Shown: in pieces, positions 23,805 through 37,310 of the stretch
Layout of the letters: every line of letters starts with the position of its first letter
How positions within the stretch are numbered: position 1 is the first letter of the stretch
NCBI RefSeq assembly: GCF_044647545.1
Contig: NZ_CP172818.1
DNA: 64,000 bases
Origin: Escherichia coli
GTDB lineage: Bacteria; Pseudomonadota; Gammaproteobacteria; Enterobacterales; Enterobacteriaceae
Direction: 5' to 3' (one strand)
Notes under the pieces: generated by a model
Seen by the model: the letters and a program-made list of their open reading frames with translations, nothing else
The model's database searches: none
Told to the model about the DNA's origin: nothing
Made by a program: the position numbers and the translations under genes

Positions 23805-24467
23805 TCAGGAAGATGGTTGTTTTTCCGCCCATTGCAGGAAAGTATTTCGCGTTTGTGGGTCAGCCAGTTTAAACCAATACTTCAGCCGTTGTTCTGTGAG
23901 CACCTGAGACTGCGGTGGAATAGCATCCAGCTCGGAAACACCCGAAAGCAGCGTACTGTCATCTGCCATCATCGTGGCAAATTGCGGTAGTGAAGCGCGT
24001 TTCGCGGATTTGTTATAGCGTTCAACCTCGACCTCATAATCAATCGTTTTTGCCGTTGAGGTAATGGCGAGAATATCCAGCTTTACCGGAATCGGCGTCG
24101 CATCGCCATCCAACAATTCAAGGCGCGGCGCGGCATCAAAATGGTTAGCTTCCCGCTCATTCTCCAGGCGAGGCAGGCGAAAATTGACCTGGTTGATGAG
24201 CTGGGTATTAAAACTGACCACCAGCGGTGGGGAGATATACAGCCGTTCTTCACTATTGGAAAGATGAATCGTCTTCTCAACGCGAAACACTAACTGATGC
24301 GGTCCGTTATCCAGTTCAATGCTGTCCGCACCGCGCAGCAGAGAGCTGGAAACCTTCTTGCCGTCGAGTACCAGAAGATCGACATCGGTTGAAAGCCGCA
24401 ACGTGGTGGCAAAAACGGATACCGGCAAACATAATGCAATCAAGGTGGTCACGATGCCGGTTTTCAT
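23805..24467 (-). CDS. yccT: Periplasmic protein YccT (DUF2057)
   Basis: 220-aa [23 protein letters not shown] (signal peptide)... Confidence 0.85.
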
Positions 24468-24639
24468 AGGTAGCTCCTGTCAAAAGACCGCCCGAATAAT
24501 AATGTGTCAAAATTTTTCTTTAATCATACTTACTAACATATAGACATATTTCCCGCTTTTGCTCTCATTCATTCGTATTAGCTGCATGGTTGGCATGTCG
24601 GCTTTGTCGTACACTTTGTTAAACAGTCTGGAGGAAATA

Positions 24640-25053
24640 ATGAAAGAAACCGATATTGCAGGCATTTTAACGTCCACTCACACCATTGCGCTGGTGGGGG
24701 CAAGCGACAAACCCGATCGTCCCAGCTATCGCGTGATGAAATATCTACTAGACCAGGGGTATCACGTCATTCCGGTTTCGCCAAAAGTTGCTGGCAAAAC
24801 ACTGCTGGGCCAGCAGGGGTATGGCACGCTGGCAGAAGTTCCTGAAAAAGTCGATATGGTCGATGTTTTCCGGAATTCAGAAGCAGCGTGGGGCGTAGCG
24901 CAGGAAGCGATCGCCATCGGCGCGAAAACCCTCTGGATGCAACTGGGGGTGATTAATGAGCAAGCGGCAGTACTGGCACGGGATGCCGGATTAAATGTAG
25001 TGATGGATCGCTGCCCGGCTATTGAGATCCCTCGCCTGGGCCTGGCCAAATAA
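24640..25053 (+). CDS. yccU: CoA-binding protein YccU
   Basis: 137-aa ORF from ATG at 24640 ([30 protein letters not shown]...). Confidence 0.85.
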   Translation: MKETDIAGILTSTHTIALVGASDKPDRPSYRVMKYLLDQGYHVIPVSPKVAGKTLLGQQGYGTLAEVPEKVDMVDVFRNSEAAWGVAQEAIAIGAKTLWMQLGVINEQAAVLARDAGLNVVMDRCPAIEIPRLGLAK

Positions 25054-25097
25054 AAAATCCCCGGAAGGCAAAAACCTTCCGGGGATTTGTTCAGGGA

Positions 25098-25472
<375 letters not shown>

Positions 25473-26663
25473 TTACATGACGCGACAGGCAAACCCTTTC
25501 AGATATAGCCCTTCCGGATAGGTAGCGATCACCGGATGATCGGCTGCCTGACGGAACTGCTCTATAAATTGTACATCACGACCGGCATCAATTGCGGCAT
25601 CCGCGATGATTTTCTGAAATAAATCGCTGGTCATCAGGCCAGAACAGGAGAAAGTCAGGAGAACTCCGCCTTCATTCAGCAACTGAATCGCCAGCATGTT
25701 GATGTCTTTATAGCCACGACACGCGCCCATCAACTGGCTTTTATTCTCAACAAACTTCGGCGGGTCCATCACGATAACGTCAAATTTTTCACCGCGATCG
25801 CGATAGGTACGCAGCAATTTAAAGACATCATCACGGACAAACTCAGCCTTGCTCAGATCCAGTTTGTTCAGCTCAACGTTCTGCCGTGCAATATCCAGGG
25901 CTTCCTGGGAGGTATCAACGCTGACAACCTGGCTGCAACCGCCCATCAGTGCCGATACGGCGAAACCACCGGTATAGGAGAAACAGTTCAGTACGCGTTT
26001 ATTTTCAACGTAGCGGCGGGTAGCCAGGCGGCTATCACGCTGATCCAGGTAGTAGCCCGTTTTGTGTCCGTGCTGAATATCCACCAGCAGCTTCATGCCG
26101 TGTTCTTCAATCGGCAGCAGGGCAGGCGGCAACTCGCCGGTGACGGGGCCCTGGGTCAGCTCCATCCCTTCTTTTTTACGTACCGCGACGTCGCTGCGAT
26201 CGTAAATCGCACATTCCGGGTACAGCGTTTGCAGGGCACTAATTAATGCCGCGCGCTGATATTCTGCCCCAGCACTCAGCAGTTGCAGCACCAGAAAATT
26301 ACCGAAACGATCGATAGTAATACCCGGCAGGCCATCAGATTCTCCGGCGATTAAACGATAGCTGTTGAGGCCATCTTTTTGCGCCAGCCAGTCACGCCAT
26401 TTTTGTGCTTGTTGTAAACGTCGGGTAAAAAAAGCAATGTCGATAGATTCATTCGGGTCAAACGTCCAGACGCGCGCCCGGATTTGCGAAGCTGGCGAAT
26501 AAGCGCCGCGTGCTAACCATTTTCCCTGATGATCAACAATATCGATGGTTTCACCGAGGCTGGCTTTACCTTCCATGCGGGCAACGGCCCCGGAAAAGAT
26601 CCACGGATGGCGACGAAGTAATGATTTTTCGCGCCCTTTGGCTAACACTAAACGTACACTCAT
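25473..26663 (-). CDS. rlmI: 23S rRNA m5C1962 methyltransferase RlmI
   Basis: 396-aa [30 protein letters not shown]...; PUA and SAM-MTase features. Confidence 0.9.
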   Translation of the reverse strand: MSVRLVLAKGREKSLLRRHPWIFSGAVARMEGKASLGETIDIVDHQGKWLARGAYSPASQIRARVWTFDPNESIDIAFFTRRLQQAQKWRDWLAQKDGLNSYRLIAGESDGLPGITIDRFGNFLVLQLLSAGAEYQRAALISALQTLYPECAIYDRSDVAVRKKEGMELTQGPVTGELPPALLPIEEHGMKLLVDIQHGHKTGYYLDQRDSRLATRRYVENKRVLNCFSYTGGFAVSALMGGCSQVVSVDTSQEALDIARQNVELNKLDLSKAEFVRDDVFKLLRTYRDRGEKFDVIVMDPPKFVENKSQLMGACRGYKDINMLAIQLLNEGGVLLTFSCSGLMTSDLFQKIIADAAIDAGRDVQFIEQFRQAADHPVIATYPEGLYLKGFACRVM

Positions 26664-26757
26664 AATTTACTTTTCTGTCGATGCAAAGAAATGGGCGTCA
26701 TTGTCCGGAGTTTTCCATGGATTTGCAACGCGTCCATTAAGGATAAGGAGAGCAGCA

Positions 26758-27036
26758 ATGTCGAAAGTCTGCATAATTGCCTGGGTTTACGGGCGAGTTC
26801 AGGGCGTAGGATTCCGCTACACCACGCAGTACGAAGCGAAAAAACTGGGACTAACCGGGTACGCCAAAAATCTTGACGATGGCAGCGTGGAAGTGGTTGC
26901 CTGCGGTGAAGAAGGGCAGGTGGAAAAATTAATGCAGTGGTTAAAAAGTGGCGGCCCGCGTTCAGCGCGTGTGGAACGGGTGCTTAGCGAGCCGCATCAT
27001 CCCTCCGGGGAGTTAACGGATTTTCGTATCCGTTAA
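26758..27036 (+). CDS. yccX: Acylphosphatase
   Basis: 92-aa [41 protein letters not shown] (acylphosphatase signature VQGVGFR). Confidence 0.9.
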   Translation: MSKVCIIAWVYGRVQGVGFRYTTQYEAKKLGLTGYAKNLDDGSVEVVACGEEGQVEKLMQWLKSGGPRSARVERVLSEPHHPSGELTDFRIR

Positions 27037-27362
27037 ATGCATTTTACCGGTTTAGGCAGGCCAGCAATTTTGGTGGCTTGCTTTGCCGGACCTTTCGGGA
27101 ACAGTCGGTACAGATAGCGGCTATTGCCTTTCTCTTCGCCAAATTTATTCGCCATCGCTTTTACCAGCATACGAATCGCCGGAGAAGTATTGAATTCCAG
27201 ATAGAAATCACGCACAAAACGCACCACTTCCCAGTGTTCTGGCGACAGCGCAATCCCTTCGTTCTCTGCAATCACCACCGCCAGTGGCTCACTCCACTGG
27301 CTGCTTTCTTTGAGATAGCCTTCGGTATCCGTTTCTATCTCTTTACCTTCGAAGATCAGCAT
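27033..27362 (-). CDS. tusE: Sulfur relay protein TusE
   Basis: 109-aa [33 protein letters not shown]...; DsrC-like C-terminus ...PKPVKCI. Confidence 0.9.
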   Translation of the reverse strand: MLIFEGKEIETDTEGYLKESSQWSEPLAVVIAENEGIALSPEHWEVVRFVRDFYLEFNTSPAIRMLVKAMANKFGEEKGNSRYLYRLFPKGPAKQATKIAGLPKPVKCI

Positions 27363-27453
27363 AATTCTTTACTACCTTAATCAGACTGGCGGCAGTGTAA
27401 CAAAAAACAAAGCCCCGCATAAAGCGAGGCTATGAAAGTGTTAGCGGGTGAGA

Positions 27454-28113
27454 TTAATCGCGGCTGGCGAAGCCCAGAATGCTCAGCAGGCTGACGAAGA
27501 TGTTGTACAGCGAAACATACAGGCTAACCGTGGCACGAATATAGTTCGTTTCACCGCCATGAATGATGTTGCTGGTTTCAAACAAAATAGCGCCAGAGGA
27601 GATCAGAATGAAGACCGCGCTGATCGCCAGATGCAGAGCAGGCAGTTGCAGGAAGATATTAGCAACCATACCAATCAGCACCACCACAATACCCGCCATC
27701 AGCATACCGCCAAGGAACGACATATCTTTGCGGGTGGTCAGCACATACGCAGAGCAGCAGAAGAACACTAACGCCGTTCCGCCCAGTGCCATAGCGATTA
27801 CGTCACCCATTCCGGCAGACAGGTAGGTGTTCAGAATTGGTCCGAGGATATATCCCAGAAAACCGGTAAAGGCGAATGCGGAGATAATCCCGGTCGGCTT
27901 ATTCGCCGTTTTATAGGTCAGGAACATCAAACCATACATACCCACCAGCGTCAGAATCAGACCCGGAGATGGCAGCATCAGCACCGTACTGGCAGTTGCG
28001 GTAATCGCCGAAAAGGCCAGCGTCAGGCTCAGCAGAAAATAGGTATTACGCAGCACCTTATGGGTGCTAAGCAGTGATGTACGGTCATGTGAAGAACTAA
28101 CAATACGATCCAT
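27454..28113 (-). CDS. yccA: Inner membrane protein YccA (BAX inhibitor-1 family)
   Basis: 219-aa [33 protein letters not shown]...; seven hydrophobic segments. Confidence 0.9.
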   Translation of the reverse strand: MDRIVSSSHDRTSLLSTHKVLRNTYFLLSLTLAFSAITATASTVLMLPSPGLILTLVGMYGLMFLTYKTANKPTGIISAFAFTGFLGYILGPILNTYLSAGMGDVIAMALGGTALVFFCCSAYVLTTRKDMSFLGGMLMAGIVVVLIGMVANIFLQLPALHLAISAVFILISSGAILFETSNIIHGGETNYIRATVSLYVSLYNIFVSLLSILGFASRD

Positions 28114-28319
28114 TGAGTCACTCTCTATGACAGATGTAATTAATTAAGCAGCATAATGATAATGCGTAAGGGCACCCAGAAGTTTTACCCATCTTTACGC
28201 ATTTGATCTGGAACAGGTTTAACAGCGGATTATCAGGTCATTAAGCAAATATAACGCCCTGAGAATTTCGACAGGCAAAAGAAAAAGGGGTTAGCATTTA
28301 GCTAACCCCTTCTTTTATC

Positions 28320-28407
28320 TGGCGGAAGCGCAGAGATTCGAACTCTGGAACCCTTTCGGGTCGCCGGTTTTCAAGACCGGTGCCTTCAACCGCTCGGCCA
28401 CACTTCC
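28320..28407 (-). tRNA. serT: tRNA-Ser (anticodon UGA)
   Basis: Reverse complement reads GGAAGTGTGGCCGAGCGGTTGAAGGCACCGGTCTTGAAAACCGG...GCTTCCGCCA: 88 nt, long variable arm, CCA end, anticodon loop CT-TGA-AA; terminator hairpin at about 28285-28310. Confidence 0.9.
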
Positions 28408-28832
28408 GGAATGACGCGCACTATAAACATCCCGATGCGGCGTGTAAACCCCTAATATGTTTGTTTGCCTGAAAAACAGCCAAAAATGCATTGATAGCGT
28501 GAAATAACAGCAAATTGATCATTTCATCACCATGAATTCCTTCTCTTTTACTCGTTTAGCAACCGGCTAAACATCCCCACCGCCCGGCCAAAGAAAAATA
28601 GGTCCATTTTTATCGCTAAAAGATAAATCCACACGGTTTGTATTGTTTTGTGCAAAAGTTTCACTACGCTTTATTAACAATACTTTCTGGCGACGTGCGC
28701 CAGTGCAGAAGGATGAGCTTTCGTTTTCAGCATCTCACGTGAAGCGATGGTTTGCCTTGCTACAGGGACGTCGCTTGCCGACCATAAGCGCCCGGTGTCC
28801 TGCCGGTGTCGCAAGGAGAAGAGACGTGCGAT

Positions 28833-29951
28833 ATGAATAACGAGGAAACATTTTACCAGGCCATGCGGCGTCAGGGCGTTACCCGGCGCAGCTTTCTCAA
28901 ATATTGCAGTCTGGCTGCCACGTCGCTGGGATTAGGCGCGGGAATGGCACCAAAGATTGCCTGGGCGCTGGAGAACAAACCGCGCATTCCGGTGGTATGG
29001 ATCCACGGTCTGGAATGCACCTGCTGTACCGAATCTTTTATCCGCTCCGCTCACCCGCTGGCAAAGGACGTCATCCTTTCCCTGATTTCCCTCGATTACG
29101 ACGATACTTTGATGGCTGCCGCCGGAACCCAGGCGGAAGAAGTCTTTGAAGACATCATCACGCAATACAATGGCAAATATATCCTCGCAGTAGAAGGTAA
29201 TCCGCCGCTGGGCGAGCAGGGGATGTTCTGTATCAGCAGCGGACGACCGTTTATTGAGAAACTCAAACGTGCCGCTGCCGGAGCCAGTGCGATTATCGCC
29301 TGGGGAACCTGCGCGTCCTGGGGCTGCGTGCAGGCCGCGCGACCCAATCCGACGCAGGCAACGCCTATCGACAAAGTCATCACCGACAAACCTATTATCA
29401 AAGTACCTGGCTGCCCGCCGATCCCGGATGTGATGAGCGCCATCATTACTTACATGGTGACCTTTGATCGCTTGCCAGATGTCGACAGAATGGGCCGTCC
29501 GTTGATGTTCTATGGTCAGCGAATCCACGATAAATGCTATCGCCGCGCCCACTTCGACGCCGGAGAGTTCGTCCAGAGTTGGGACGATGACGCTGCCCGC
29601 AAAGGTTACTGCCTGTACAAAATGGGCTGCAAAGGGCCTACCACCTATAACGCCTGTTCCTCCACACGCTGGAATGATGGCGTTTCTTTCCCAATCCAGT
29701 CTGGTCACGGCTGCCTGGGCTGTGCGGAAAATGGTTTCTGGGATCGCGGTTCGTTCTACAGCCGCGTGGTCGATATTCCGCAAATGGGTACTCATTCCAC
29801 CGCCGATACCGTCGGCTTAACCGCGCTTGGCGTGGTGGCAGCGGCTGTTGGTGTGCACGCAGTCGCCAGCGCCGTTGACCAGCGCAGACGTCATAACCAG
29901 CAACCTACAGAAACCGAACATCAGCCAGGCAATGAGGATAAACAGGCATGA
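28833..29951 (+). CDS. hyaA: Hydrogenase-1 small subunit
   Basis: 372-aa ORF from ATG at 28833 ([25 protein letters not shown], Tat motif RRSFLK). Confidence 0.95.
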   Translation: MNNEETFYQAMRRQGVTRRSFLKYCSLAATSLGLGAGMAPKIAWALENKPRIPVVWIHGLECTCCTESFIRSAHPLAKDVILSLISLDYDDTLMAAAGTQAEEVFEDIITQYNGKYILAVEGNPPLGEQGMFCISSGRPFIEKLKRAAAGASAIIAWGTCASWGCVQAARPNPTQATPIDKVITDKPIIKVPGCPPIPDVMSAIITYMVTFDRLPDVDRMGRPLMFYGQRIHDKCYRRAHFDAGEFVQSWDDDAARKGYCLYKMGCKGPTTYNACSSTRWNDGVSFPIQSGHGCLGCAENGFWDRGSFYSRVVDIPQMGTHSTADTVGLTALGVVAAAVGVHAVASAVDQRRRHNQQPTETEHQPGNEDKQA

Positions 29952-31741
29952 GCACTCAGTACGAAACTCAGGGATACACCATCAATAATGCCGGACGCCG
30001 CCTGGTGGTCGACCCGATTACGCGCATTGAAGGCCACATGCGCTGCGAAGTGAATATTAACGATCAGAATGTGATCACCAATGCCGTCTCCTGCGGCACC
30101 ATGTTTCGCGGACTGGAGATCATCCTGCAAGGGCGTGACCCGCGCGATGCGTGGGCGTTCGTTGAACGTATTTGCGGTGTCTGTACTGGCGTACACGCCC
30201 TGGCTTCGGTTTACGCCATCGAAGATGCCATCGGTATTAAAGTGCCGGACAATGCCAATATCATCCGCAACATTATGCTGGCGACGCTCTGGTGCCATGA
30301 CCATCTGGTGCACTTTTATCAGCTTGCCGGGATGGACTGGATCGATGTGTTAGATGCGCTGAAAGCCGATCCGCGGAAAACCTCCGAACTGGCGCAAAGT
30401 CTCTCCTCATGGCCGAAATCATCCCCTGGCTATTTCTTCGACGTACAAAACCGCCTGAAGAAATTCGTTGAAGGCGGGCAGTTGGGGATCTTCCGCAATG
30501 GCTACTGGGGGCACCCGCAGTACAAACTGCCGCCAGAAGCCAACCTGATGGGCTTTGCCCACTATCTTGAAGCTCTCGATTTCCAGCGTGAAATTGTCAA
30601 AATCCACGCGGTCTTTGGCGGTAAAAACCCGCATCCAAACTGGATTGTCGGCGGGATGCCTTGCGCCATTAACATTGACGAAAGCGGCGCGGTCGGGGCG
30701 GTCAATATGGAACGCCTGAACCTGGTGCAGTCAATCATTACCCGTACGGCGGATTTCATTAACAACGTGATGATCCCCGACGCCTTAGCCATCGGTCAGT
30801 TCAACAAGCCGTGGAGCGAAATCGGCACTGGCCTTTCGGATAAATGCGTTCTCAGTTACGGCGCGTTCCCGGATATCGCCAACGACTTTGGCGAGAAAAG
30901 TCTGCTGATGCCTGGCGGCGCGGTGATTAACGGCGACTTCAACAATGTGCTGCCAGTGGATTTGGTTGATCCGCAGCAGGTGCAGGAGTTTGTCGATCAC
31001 GCCTGGTATCGTTATCCCAACGATCAGGTCGGGCGTCATCCGTTCGATGGTATTACCGACCCGTGGTACAACCCCGGCGATGTCAAAGGCAGCGATACCA
31101 ACATTCAGCAGCTGAATGAACAGGAACGCTACTCGTGGATCAAAGCGCCACGCTGGCGCGGTAACGCGATGGAAGTGGGGCCGCTGGCACGCACGTTAAT
31201 CGCTTATCACAAAGGCGATGCGGCGACCGTTGAGTCGGTCGATCGCATGATGTCGGCGTTGAACCTACCGCTTTCCGGCATCCAGTCAACGTTAGGCCGC
31301 ATTTTGTGTCGCGCGCACGAAGCGCAGTGGGCCGCAGGCAAGTTGCAATATTTCTTCGACAAGCTGATGACCAATCTCAAAAACGGCAATCTCGCCACCG
31401 CCTCCACTGAGAAGTGGGAACCAGCAACCTGGCCGACAGAGTGCCGTGGTGTCGGCTTTACCGAAGCGCCGCGCGGAGCGTTAGGCCACTGGGCCGCCAT
31501 TCGCGATGGCAAGATTGATCTCTACCAGTGCGTGGTGCCGACCACCTGGAACGCCAGCCCGCGCGATCCTAAAGGGCAAATTGGCGCTTATGAAGCGGCG
31601 CTGATGAACACCAAAATGGCGATCCCCGAGCAACCGCTGGAGATCCTGCGTACTCTGCACAGCTTTGATCCGTGCCTCGCCTGTTCAACACACGTGCTGG
31701 GCGACGACGGTAGCGAGCTGATCTCCGTGCAGGTGCGTTAA
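29948..31741 (+). CDS. hyaB: Hydrogenase-1 large subunit ([NiFe])
   Basis: 597-aa ORF; N-terminal RxCGxC and C-terminal DPCLACSTH Ni-binding motifs; ATGA overlap with hyaA. Confidence 0.95.
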   Translation: MSTQYETQGYTINNAGRRLVVDPITRIEGHMRCEVNINDQNVITNAVSCGTMFRGLEIILQGRDPRDAWAFVERICGVCTGVHALASVYAIEDAIGIKVPDNANIIRNIMLATLWCHDHLVHFYQLAGMDWIDVLDALKADPRKTSELAQSLSSWPKSSPGYFFDVQNRLKKFVEGGQLGIFRNGYWGHPQYKLPPEANLMGFAHYLEALDFQREIVKIHAVFGGKNPHPNWIVGGMPCAINIDESGAVGAVNMERLNLVQSIITRTADFINNVMIPDALAIGQFNKPWSEIGTGLSDKCVLSYGAFPDIANDFGEKSLLMPGGAVINGDFNNVLPVDLVDPQQVQEFVDHAWYRYPNDQVGRHPFDGITDPWYNPGDVKGSDTNIQQLNEQERYSWIKAPRWRGNAMEVGPLARTLIAYHKGDAATVESVDRMMSALNLPLSGIQSTLGRILCRAHEAQWAAGKLQYFFDKLMTNLKNGNLATASTEKWEPATWPTECRGVGFTEAPRGALGHWAAIRDGKIDLYQCVVPTTWNASPRDPKGQIGAYEAALMNTKMAIPEQPLEILRTLHSFDPCLACSTHVLGDDGSELISVQVR

Positions 31742-31759
31742 CAGCGAAGGAGAATCATC

Positions 31760-32467
31760 ATGCAACAGAAAAGCGACAACGTTGTCAGCCACTATGTCTT
31801 TGAAGCGCCAGTGCGTATCTGGCACTGGCTGACGGTGTTATGCATGGCGGTGTTGATGGTCACCGGTTACTTTATCGGCAAGCCGCTACCTTCCGTCAGC
31901 GGCGAGGCGACGTATCTGTTCTATATGGGCTACATCAGGTTAATTCACTTCAGCGCCGGGATGATTTTTACCGTGGTTTTGCTGATGCGGATCTACTGGG
32001 CTTTTGTTGGCAATCGTTACTCCCGCGAGCTGTTTATCGTGCCGGTATGGCGTAAAAGCTGGTGGCAGGGCGTGTGGTATGAAATCCGCTGGTATCTGTT
32101 TCTGGCAAAACGTCCGAGTGCCGATATAGGCCATAACCCCATCGCCCAGGCGGCGATGTTCGGCTATTTCCTGATGTCAGTTTTTATGATCATCACCGGC
32201 TTTGCGCTGTACAGCGAACACAGCCAGTACGCTATTTTTGCGCCGTTCCGTTATGTGGTGGAATTTTTCTACTGGACGGGCGGCAACTCAATGGACATTC
32301 ACAGCTGGCATCGGCTGGGGATGTGGCTGATTGGCGCGTTTGTGATCGGTCATGTCTACATGGCGCTGCGTGAAGACATCATGTCCGACGACACAGTGAT
32401 CTCCACCATGGTCAACGGCTACCGTAGCCACAAATTTGGCAAAATAAGTAACAAGGAGCGTTCATGA
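31760..32467 (+). CDS. hyaC: Hydrogenase-1 cytochrome b subunit
   Basis: 235-aa membrane [29 protein letters not shown]... Confidence 0.9.
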   Translation: MQQKSDNVVSHYVFEAPVRIWHWLTVLCMAVLMVTGYFIGKPLPSVSGEATYLFYMGYIRLIHFSAGMIFTVVLLMRIYWAFVGNRYSRELFIVPVWRKSWWQGVWYEIRWYLFLAKRPSADIGHNPIAQAAMFGYFLMSVFMIITGFALYSEHSQYAIFAPFRYVVEFFYWTGGNSMDIHSWHRLGMWLIGAFVIGHVYMALREDIMSDDTVISTMVNGYRSHKFGKISNKERS

Positions 32468-33051
32468 GCGAGCAACGCGTGGTGGTAATGGGGCTGGGCA
32501 ACCTGCTGTGGGCCGATGAAGGCTTCGGCGTGCGGGTGGCGGAACGGTTGTATGCCCATTACCACTGGCCCGATGAAGTCGAGATTGTTGATGGCGGCAC
32601 TCAGGGACTGAACTTGCTGGGGTATGTCGAAAGCGCCAGCCACTTGCTGATTCTCGACGCCATTGATTACGGGCTGGAACCCGGAACGCTGCGAACCTAT
32701 GCCGGAGAACGCATTCCGGCCTATCTCAGCGCGAAGAAAATGAGCCTGCACCAGAACAGTTTCTCCGAAGTACTGGCGCTGGCAGATATCCGCGGAAATC
32801 TGCCAGCACATATTGCCCTCGTCGGCCTGCAACCCGCGATGCTCGACGACTACGGCGGCAGCCTGAGCGAACTGGCGCGGGAGCAACTGCCCGCCGCGGA
32901 ACAGGCGGCGCTGGTACAGCTGGCGGCCTGGGGAATTGTACCGCAACCGACTGAGGAGTTGCGCTGTCTCAATTATGACTGTCTGTCGATGGAAAATTAC
33001 GAAGGCGTTCGCTTGCGTCAGTACAAGATGAGGCTGGAGGAACAGGGATGA
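32464..33051 (+). CDS. hyaD: Hydrogenase-1 maturation endopeptidase
   Basis: 195-aa [28 protein letters not shown]...; ATGA overlap with hyaC. Confidence 0.9.
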   Translation: MSEQRVVVMGLGNLLWADEGFGVRVAERLYAHYHWPDEVEIVDGGTQGLNLLGYVESASHLLILDAIDYGLEPGTLRTYAGERIPAYLSAKKMSLHQNSFSEVLALADIRGNLPAHIALVGLQPAMLDDYGGSLSELAREQLPAAEQAALVQLAAWGIVPQPTEELRCLNYDCLSMENYEGVRLRQYKMRLEEQG

Positions 33052-33446
33052 GCAACGACACACCATTTGATGCGTTGTGGCAACGAATGCTGGCGCGCGG
33101 CTGGACGCCGATCAGTGAATCCCGTCTTGACGACTGGCTTACGCAAGCGCCAGACGGCGTGGTGTTATTAAGTAGTGACCCGAAACGCACGCCAGAAGTC
33201 AGCGATAACCCGGTCATGATTGGCGAATTACTGCGCGAGTTTCCCGACTATACATGGCAGGTAGCGATTGCTGATCTTGAGCAGAGCGAAGCCATCGGCG
33301 ATCGCTTTGGCGTCTTTCGCTTTCCCGCCACATTAGTGTTTACCGGCGGAAACTATCGCGGCGTGCTGAATGGTATTCACCCGTGGGCGGAACTGATAAA
33401 CCTGATGCGTGGGCTTGTCGAACCACAACAGGAGCGTGCCTCATGA
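33048..33446 (+). CDS. hyaE: Hydrogenase-1 operon protein HyaE
   Basis: 132-aa [22 protein letters not shown]... Confidence 0.9.
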   Translation: MSNDTPFDALWQRMLARGWTPISESRLDDWLTQAPDGVVLLSSDPKRTPEVSDNPVMIGELLREFPDYTWQVAIADLEQSEAIGDRFGVFRFPATLVFTGGNYRGVLNGIHPWAELINLMRGLVEPQQERAS

Positions 33447-34300
33447 GCGAAACTTTTTTCCATCTGCTGGGGCCAGGAACGCAACCGAACGATGACAGTT
33501 TCAGCATGAATCCACTGCCGATCACCTGTCAGGTGAATGATGAACCGAGTATGGCGGCCCTGGAGCAATGTGCTCACAGCCCGCAGGTGATTGCGCTGTT
33601 AAACGAGTTACAACATCAACTAAGCGAACGCCAGCCGCCGTTGGGCGAGGTGCTGGCAGTCGATCTGTTAAATCTCAACGCCGACGATCGTCACTTTATC
33701 AATACGCTTCTCGGGGAAGGGGAAGTGTCAGTGCGCATACAGCAGGCTGACGACAGTGAAAGTGAAATACAGGAGGCGATCTTCTGCGGATTATGGCGGG
33801 TGCGCAGACGTCGCGGCGACAAGTTGCTGGAGGACAAACTGGAGGCTGGCTGCGCGCCGCTGGCATTGTGGCAGGCGGCAACGCAAAACGTCTTGCCGAC
33901 AGATTCGCTGTTACCGCCGCCCATTGATGGCCTGATGAATGGCCTACCGTTGGCGCATGAGCTACTGGCGCATGTACGTAACCCCGACGCGCAGCCGCAC
34001 AGCATTAATCTGACGCAATTACCCATCAGCGAGGCTGATCGGCTTTTTCTCTCACGTCTCTGTGGGCCGGGAAATATTCAGATTCGTACCATTGGCTATG
34101 GCGAGAGCTATATCAACGCCACGGGGTTACGCCATGTCTGGCATTTACGCTGTACGGACACCTTAAAAGGCCCGTTACTGGAAAGTTATGAAATCTGCCC
34201 AATACCGGAAGTGGTGCTGGCAGCGCCAGAAGATTTGGTCGACTCTGCGCAGCGGCTTAGCGAGGTATGTCAGTGGCTGGCGGAAGGTGCACCGACGTAA
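33443..34300 (+). CDS. hyaF: Hydrogenase-1 operon protein HyaF
   Basis: 285-aa ORF from ATG at 33443 ([20 protein letters not shown]...); ATGA overlap with hyaE. Confidence 0.9.
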   Translation: MSETFFHLLGPGTQPNDDSFSMNPLPITCQVNDEPSMAALEQCAHSPQVIALLNELQHQLSERQPPLGEVLAVDLLNLNADDRHFINTLLGEGEVSVRIQQADDSESEIQEAIFCGLWRVRRRRGDKLLEDKLEAGCAPLALWQAATQNVLPTDSLLPPPIDGLMNGLPLAHELLAHVRNPDAQPHSINLTQLPISEADRLFLSRLCGPGNIQIRTIGYGESYINATGLRHVWHLRCTDTLKGPLLESYEICPIPEVVLAAPEDLVDSAQRLSEVCQWLAEGAPT

Positions 34301-34433
34301 AAAGACGGTAAGTATCGCTTTCAGTCTTATGAATATCGCAATCGGCGAATACCTCTGGTCGTAGAGTTTCAGGATAAAGAGGGAGATCTACCATTATCGG
34401 GTTATTTTTCTCTCTTCGCCTACAGGAGTGCGC

Positions 34434-35978
34434 ATGTGGGATGTCATTGATTTATCGCGCTGGCAGTTTGCACTGACCGCGCTGTATCACTTTTTATTTG
34501 TACCCCTTACCCTGGGGCTGATTTTTTTGCTGGCTATCATGGAAACCATTTACGTGGTCACCGGCAAAACAATCTACCGCGATATGACGCGCTTCTGGGG
34601 TAAGCTCTTCGGTATCAACTTTGCTCTTGGCGTGGCTACCGGCCTGACCATGGAGTTTCAGTTTGGTACTAACTGGTCATTCTATTCCAACTATGTGGGC
34701 GATATTTTTGGCGCACCGCTGGCAATGGAAGCATTAATGGCCTTCTTCCTCGAATCCACCTTTGTCGGGCTGTTCTTCTTCGGCTGGCAGCGGCTGAATA
34801 AATACCAGCACCTGCTGGTGACGTGGCTGGTGGCGTTCGGTTCAAATCTCTCTGCATTGTGGATATTGAATGCCAACGGTTGGATGCAATACCCGACCGG
34901 TGCGCATTTTGATATCGACACCCTGCGTATGGAGATGACCAGTTTCAGCGAGTTGGTCTTTAACCCGGTCAGCCAGGTGAAATTTGTGCACACCGTAATG
35001 GCGGGATACGTGACCGGGGCCATGTTTATTATGGCGATCAGCGCCTGGTATTTACTGCGCGGACGGGAGCGCGATGTCGCATTACGCTCGTTTGCCATCG
35101 GTTCCGTCTTCGGTACTCTGGCGATTATCGGTACGCTGCAACTCGGAGACAGTTCTGCGTATGAAGTCGCGCAAGTACAACCGGTAAAACTGGCGGCGAT
35201 GGAAGGGGAGTGGCAAACAGAACCTGCACCTGCACCGTTCCATGTGGTTGCCTGGCCGGAACAGGATCAAGAGCGTAACGCCTTTGCCATCAAAATTCCC
35301 GCGCTGCTAGGGATCCTCGCCACTCACTCATTAGATAAACCCGTGCCGGGTCTGAAGAATTTGATGGCTGAAACCTACCCACGCTTGCAACGCGGACGTA
35401 TGGCCTGGCTGTTAATGCAGGAAATATCGCAAGGCAATCGTGAGCCGCATGTGTTGCAGGCATTCCGGGAGCTGGAAGGCGACCTGGGTTACGGCATGTT
35501 GCTCTCCCGCTATGCGCCGGATATGAATCATGTCACAGCCACACAGTACCAGGCGGCGATGCGTGGCGCGATACCTCAGGTTGCGCCGGTATTCTGGAGT
35601 TTCCGCATCATGGTAGGCTGTGGTTCCCTGCTGTTACTGGTGATGCTGATTGCGCTTGTCCAGACGCTGCGTGGCAAAATCGACCAGCATCGCTGGGTGC
35701 TGAAAATGGCGCTCTGGAGTTTGCCGCTTCCGTGGATTGCGATTGAAGCCGGATGGTTTATGACCGAGTTTGGTCGTCAGCCGTGGGCGATACAGGACAT
35801 CTTACCGACATACTCCGCGCACTCCGCCTTAACCACAGGACAACTGGCTTTCTCACTGATCATGATCGTAGGGCTTTACACCCTGTTCTTAATCGCCGAA
35901 GTCTACCTGATGCAGAAATATGCCCGTCTGGGGCCGAGCGCGATGCAGAGTGAACAACCGACGCAGCAACAGGGGTAA
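34434..35978 (+). CDS. appC: Cytochrome bd-II oxidase subunit I
   Basis: 514-aa [34 protein letters not shown]... Confidence 0.95.
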   Translation: MWDVIDLSRWQFALTALYHFLFVPLTLGLIFLLAIMETIYVVTGKTIYRDMTRFWGKLFGINFALGVATGLTMEFQFGTNWSFYSNYVGDIFGAPLAMEALMAFFLESTFVGLFFFGWQRLNKYQHLLVTWLVAFGSNLSALWILNANGWMQYPTGAHFDIDTLRMEMTSFSELVFNPVSQVKFVHTVMAGYVTGAMFIMAISAWYLLRGRERDVALRSFAIGSVFGTLAIIGTLQLGDSSAYEVAQVQPVKLAAMEGEWQTEPAPAPFHVVAWPEQDQERNAFAIKIPALLGILATHSLDKPVPGLKNLMAETYPRLQRGRMAWLLMQEISQGNREPHVLQAFRELEGDLGYGMLLSRYAPDMNHVTATQYQAAMRGAIPQVAPVFWSFRIMVGCGSLLLLVMLIALVQTLRGKIDQHRWVLKMALWSLPLPWIAIEAGWFMTEFGRQPWAIQDILPTYSAHSALTTGQLAFSLIMIVGLYTLFLIAEVYLMQKYARLGPSAMQSEQPTQQQG

Positions 35979-35989
35979 AGGAGAAAATC

Positions 35990-37126
35990 ATGTTTGATTA
36001 TGAAACATTGCGCTTCATCTGGTGGCTGCTGATTGGCGTGATCCTGGTGGTCTTTATGGTCTCCGACGGATTTGACATGGGGATCGGCTGTCTGCTGCCG
36101 CTGGTGGCGCGTAATGATGATGAACGTCGGATAGTGATAAACAGCGTTGGCGCGCACTGGGAAGGCAATCAGGTCTGGTTGATCCTCGCAGGTGGGGCAT
36201 TATTTGCCGCCTGGCCCAGAGTGTATGCAGCGGCGTTTTCCGGCTTTTATGTGGCGATGATCCTGGTGCTGTGCTCGCTGTTCTTCCGCCCGCTGGCCTT
36301 TGATTATCGCGGAAAAATTGCCGATGCACGCTGGCGTAAAATGTGGGATGCCGGTCTGGTCATCGGCAGTCTGGTGCCGCCGGTAGTCTTCGGTATCGCC
36401 TTCGGCAACTTGTTGCTCGGCGTGCCGTTTGCCTTTACACCGCAATTACGCGTGGAGTATCTCGGCAGCTTCTGGCAACTGCTGACGCCATTCCCTTTAT
36501 TGTGCGGATTGCTCAGCCTTGGGATGGTGATTTTGCAAGGTGGCGTCTGGTTACAACTGAAAACTGTTGGTGTGATTCATCTGCGTTCACAGCTCGCGAC
36601 CAAACGCGCCGCACTACTGGTGATGCTGTGCTTTTTGCTGGCGGGTTACTGGCTGTGGGTCGGTATTGATGGCTTTGTACTGCTCGCCCAGGATGCTAAC
36701 GGTCCTTCCAATCCGTTAATGAAACTGGTGGCAGTGCTACCTGGTGCCTGGATGAATAATTTTGTCGAATCGCCCGTTTTGTGGATCTTCCCGCTGCTGG
36801 GGTTCTTCTGCCCATTGCTGACGGTGATGGCGATTTATCGTGGTCGCCCGGGTTGGGGATTTTTGATGGCATCATTGATGCAATTTGGCGTGATTTTCAC
36901 GGCAGGCATCACGCTGTTCCCCTTTGTCATGCCGTCAAGCGTGAGTCTAATCTCCAGCCTGACGTTGTGGGACAGCACTTCCAGTCAGCTGACGCTGAGC
37001 ATTATGTTGGTAATCGTGCTGATATTTTTGCCTATTGTGTTGCTCTACACTCTCTGGAGCTACTACAAAATGTGGGGACGCATGACGACAGAAACTCTCC
37101 GCCGTAACGAAAACGAGCTGTACTAA
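35990..37126 (+). CDS. appB: Cytochrome bd-II oxidase subunit II
   Basis: 378-aa [36 protein letters not shown]... Confidence 0.95.
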   Translation: MFDYETLRFIWWLLIGVILVVFMVSDGFDMGIGCLLPLVARNDDERRIVINSVGAHWEGNQVWLILAGGALFAAWPRVYAAAFSGFYVAMILVLCSLFFRPLAFDYRGKIADARWRKMWDAGLVIGSLVPPVVFGIAFGNLLLGVPFAFTPQLRVEYLGSFWQLLTPFPLLCGLLSLGMVILQGGVWLQLKTVGVIHLRSQLATKRAALLVMLCFLLAGYWLWVGIDGFVLLAQDANGPSNPLMKLVAVLPGAWMNNFVESPVLWIFPLLGFFCPLLTVMAIYRGRPGWGFLMASLMQFGVIFTAGITLFPFVMPSSVSLISSLTLWDSTSSQLTLSIMLVIVLIFLPIVLLYTLWSYYKMWGRMTTETLRRNENELY

Positions 37127-37138
37127 GGAGCAGGAACA

Positions 37139-37231
37139 ATGTGGTATTTACTTTGGTTCGTCGGCATTTTGTTGATGTGTTCGCTCTCCACCCTTGTGTT
37201 GGTATGGCTGGACCCGCGTCTGAAAAGTTAA
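37139..37231 (+). CDS. appX: Cytochrome bd-II small subunit AppX (YccB)
   Basis: 30-aa hydrophobic ORF MWYLLWFVGILLMCSLSTLVLVWLDPRLKS with AGGAG RBS; too short for the supplied track. Confidence 0.8.
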   Translation: MWYLLWFVGILLMCSLSTLVLVWLDPRLKS

Positions 37232-37240
37232 CGAACGTAA

Positions 37241-37272
37241 GCCTGATGTGGCGCATTAGCATCGCATCAGGC
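37241..37272. repeat. REP-like palindrome / terminator hairpin after appCBX
   Basis: gcctgatg...catcaggc inverted repeat. Confidence 0.55.
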
Positions 37273-37310
37273 AATCAATAATGTCAGATATGAAAAGCGG
37301 AAACATATCG

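Noticed and set aside
26545-27036. Extended 163-aa version of the yccX ORF beginning inside rlmI
   Set aside because: The extension overlaps the rlmI start region; the acylphosphatase begins at the internal ATG at 26758 (MSKVCIIAW...).
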